This document shows, piece after piece, positions 63,424 through 64,000 of a stretch of 64,000 nt of DNA (position 1 is its first letter; each line of letters starts with the position of its first letter). Source of the DNA: Clostridia bacterium (lineage in GTDB: Bacteria > Bacillota > Clostridia > Oscillospirales > CAG-272). Under the pieces are notes generated by a model that searched no databases, was not told where the DNA came from, and saw only the letters and a program-made list of their open reading frames with translations. The stretch spans positions 7,655 to 71,654 of the forward strand of contig JAGALA010000054.1 of the NCBI GenBank assembly GCA_017625935.1, read 5' to 3'. A program made the translations under genes and the position numbers.

Positions 63424-64000
63424 ATGAAAAATCCATACGAGGTGCTTGGCATTTCACCCGATGCAACAAATGAAGAGGTTAGAGATGCGTATAGAGCACT
63501 TGCAAAAAAATACCATCCCGATAACTACGTTGACAATCCCCTTGCCGATATGGCAGAGGAAAAAATGAAGGAAATTAACTCCGCATATGACGAAATTCTG
63601 CGCCAAAGAGCAGAGGCGAAAAATAGTGCAAACCATCAAAATAGCGACACAGGTCGGGCAAAATACAACTACGGCACGTCAAATAACCCACATTACGCAA
63701 GGGTTAGACACGCAATAAACGGTGGCGATATGGCAACGGCGGAATCACTCCTTAACGAGGTTGAGGAAAACGCACGCGATGCCGAGTGGTACTTTTTAAA
63801 GGGCTGTATCCTTCTGCAAGGCGGTTACGTTTTCGACGCAGTAAGATACATCAACAAGGCATGTACGCTTGACCCCGATAACGAGGAGTACAAAACCCTT
63901 CTTGCAACAATTCAAGCAAATTCAAACGCACGTGCACAACGTGCACCGCGTCAAGGCGTTGGCTGCAGTATTTGCGATATTTGCTCGGCTATAATTTGCA
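63424..64000 (+). CDS. J-domain (DnaJ-like) protein, 3' end beyond the window
   Basis: Not in the track because it has no stop in the window. [32 protein letters not shown]-domain, then a TPR-like segment and a Cys-rich stretch [24 protein letters not shown]. Confidence 0.85.
   Translation, partial: MKNPYEVLGISPDATNEEVRDAYRALAKKYHPDNYVDNPLADMAEEKMKEINSAYDEILRQRAEAKNSANHQNSDTGRAKYNYGTSNNPHYARVRHAINGGDMATAESLLNEVEENARDAEWYFLKGCILLQGGYVFDAVRYINKACTLDPDNEEYKTLLATIQANSNARAQRAPRQGVGCSICDICSAIIC

Noticed and set aside
1-64000. Search for mobile elements, prophage, toxin-antitoxin, restriction-modification, CRISPR-Cas or other known defence modules, and for tRNA or rRNA genes
   Set aside because: I recognised no transposase, integrase, recombinase, phage structural, nuclease/ATPase defence-type or methyltransferase ORFs. 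I also saw no cloverleaf-like or rRNA-like sequence by eye. Absence judged by eye is not proof, so a tRNAscan, Infernal and DefenseFinder run would be the definitive check.

Overview
This 64-kb window looks like a spore-forming Firmicute of class Clostridia, possibly Oscillospiraceae or Ruminococcaceae. That placement is inferred from gene content (spoIIR, PduL, BspA-type LRR proteins), not from a search.

Positions 43.97-60.2 kb hold a complete S10-spc-alpha ribosomal supercluster of 31 genes, rpsJ to rplQ, including secY-adk-map-infA-rpmJ. rpmD and rpmJ are under 60 aa and so are missing from the supplied ORF track. The cluster is driven by a consensus extended -10 promoter and a roughly 260-nt leader.

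The first 44 kb mixes housekeeping units with accessory content. Housekeeping units are rbfA-truB, cysE, holA, a Toprim protein, comEC, sdaA, pdxK, dapA-dapB-lysA, pduL, araD, pfkA and spoIIR. Accessory content is:
- Three secreted BspA-type LRR proteins and one 975-aa multidomain secreted protein. Three of these four share an unnamed Cys-headed domain of about 140 aa.
- Two unannotated, paralogous 50-aa acidic ORFs, each translationally coupled to one of those secreted proteins.
- A sigma/anti-sigma pair whose extracytoplasmic sensor domain is triplicated as two adjacent signal-peptide (lipoprotein-like) paralogues.
- A five-gene minus-strand operon (OYE ene-reductase, SDR, FAD flavoprotein, TIM-barrel isomerase, cytoplasmic heparinase II/III-like protein) with a divergent 2-hydroxyacid dehydrogenase.

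Other notable points:
- An MBL hydrolase gene is broken at a C6 homopolymer.
- Five helically phased A-tracts, bracketed by a perfect 13-bp inverted repeat, lie upstream of the S10 promoter.
- Four direct GTCAAAT repeats sit in the AraC/LRR divergent region.
- ComEC lacks the metallo-beta-lactamase metal motif.
- L24 carries a Cys4 motif.

I found no rRNA, tRNA, CRISPR array, transposase, integrase or recognisable defence system. All family assignments come from reading the translations. No database search was run.
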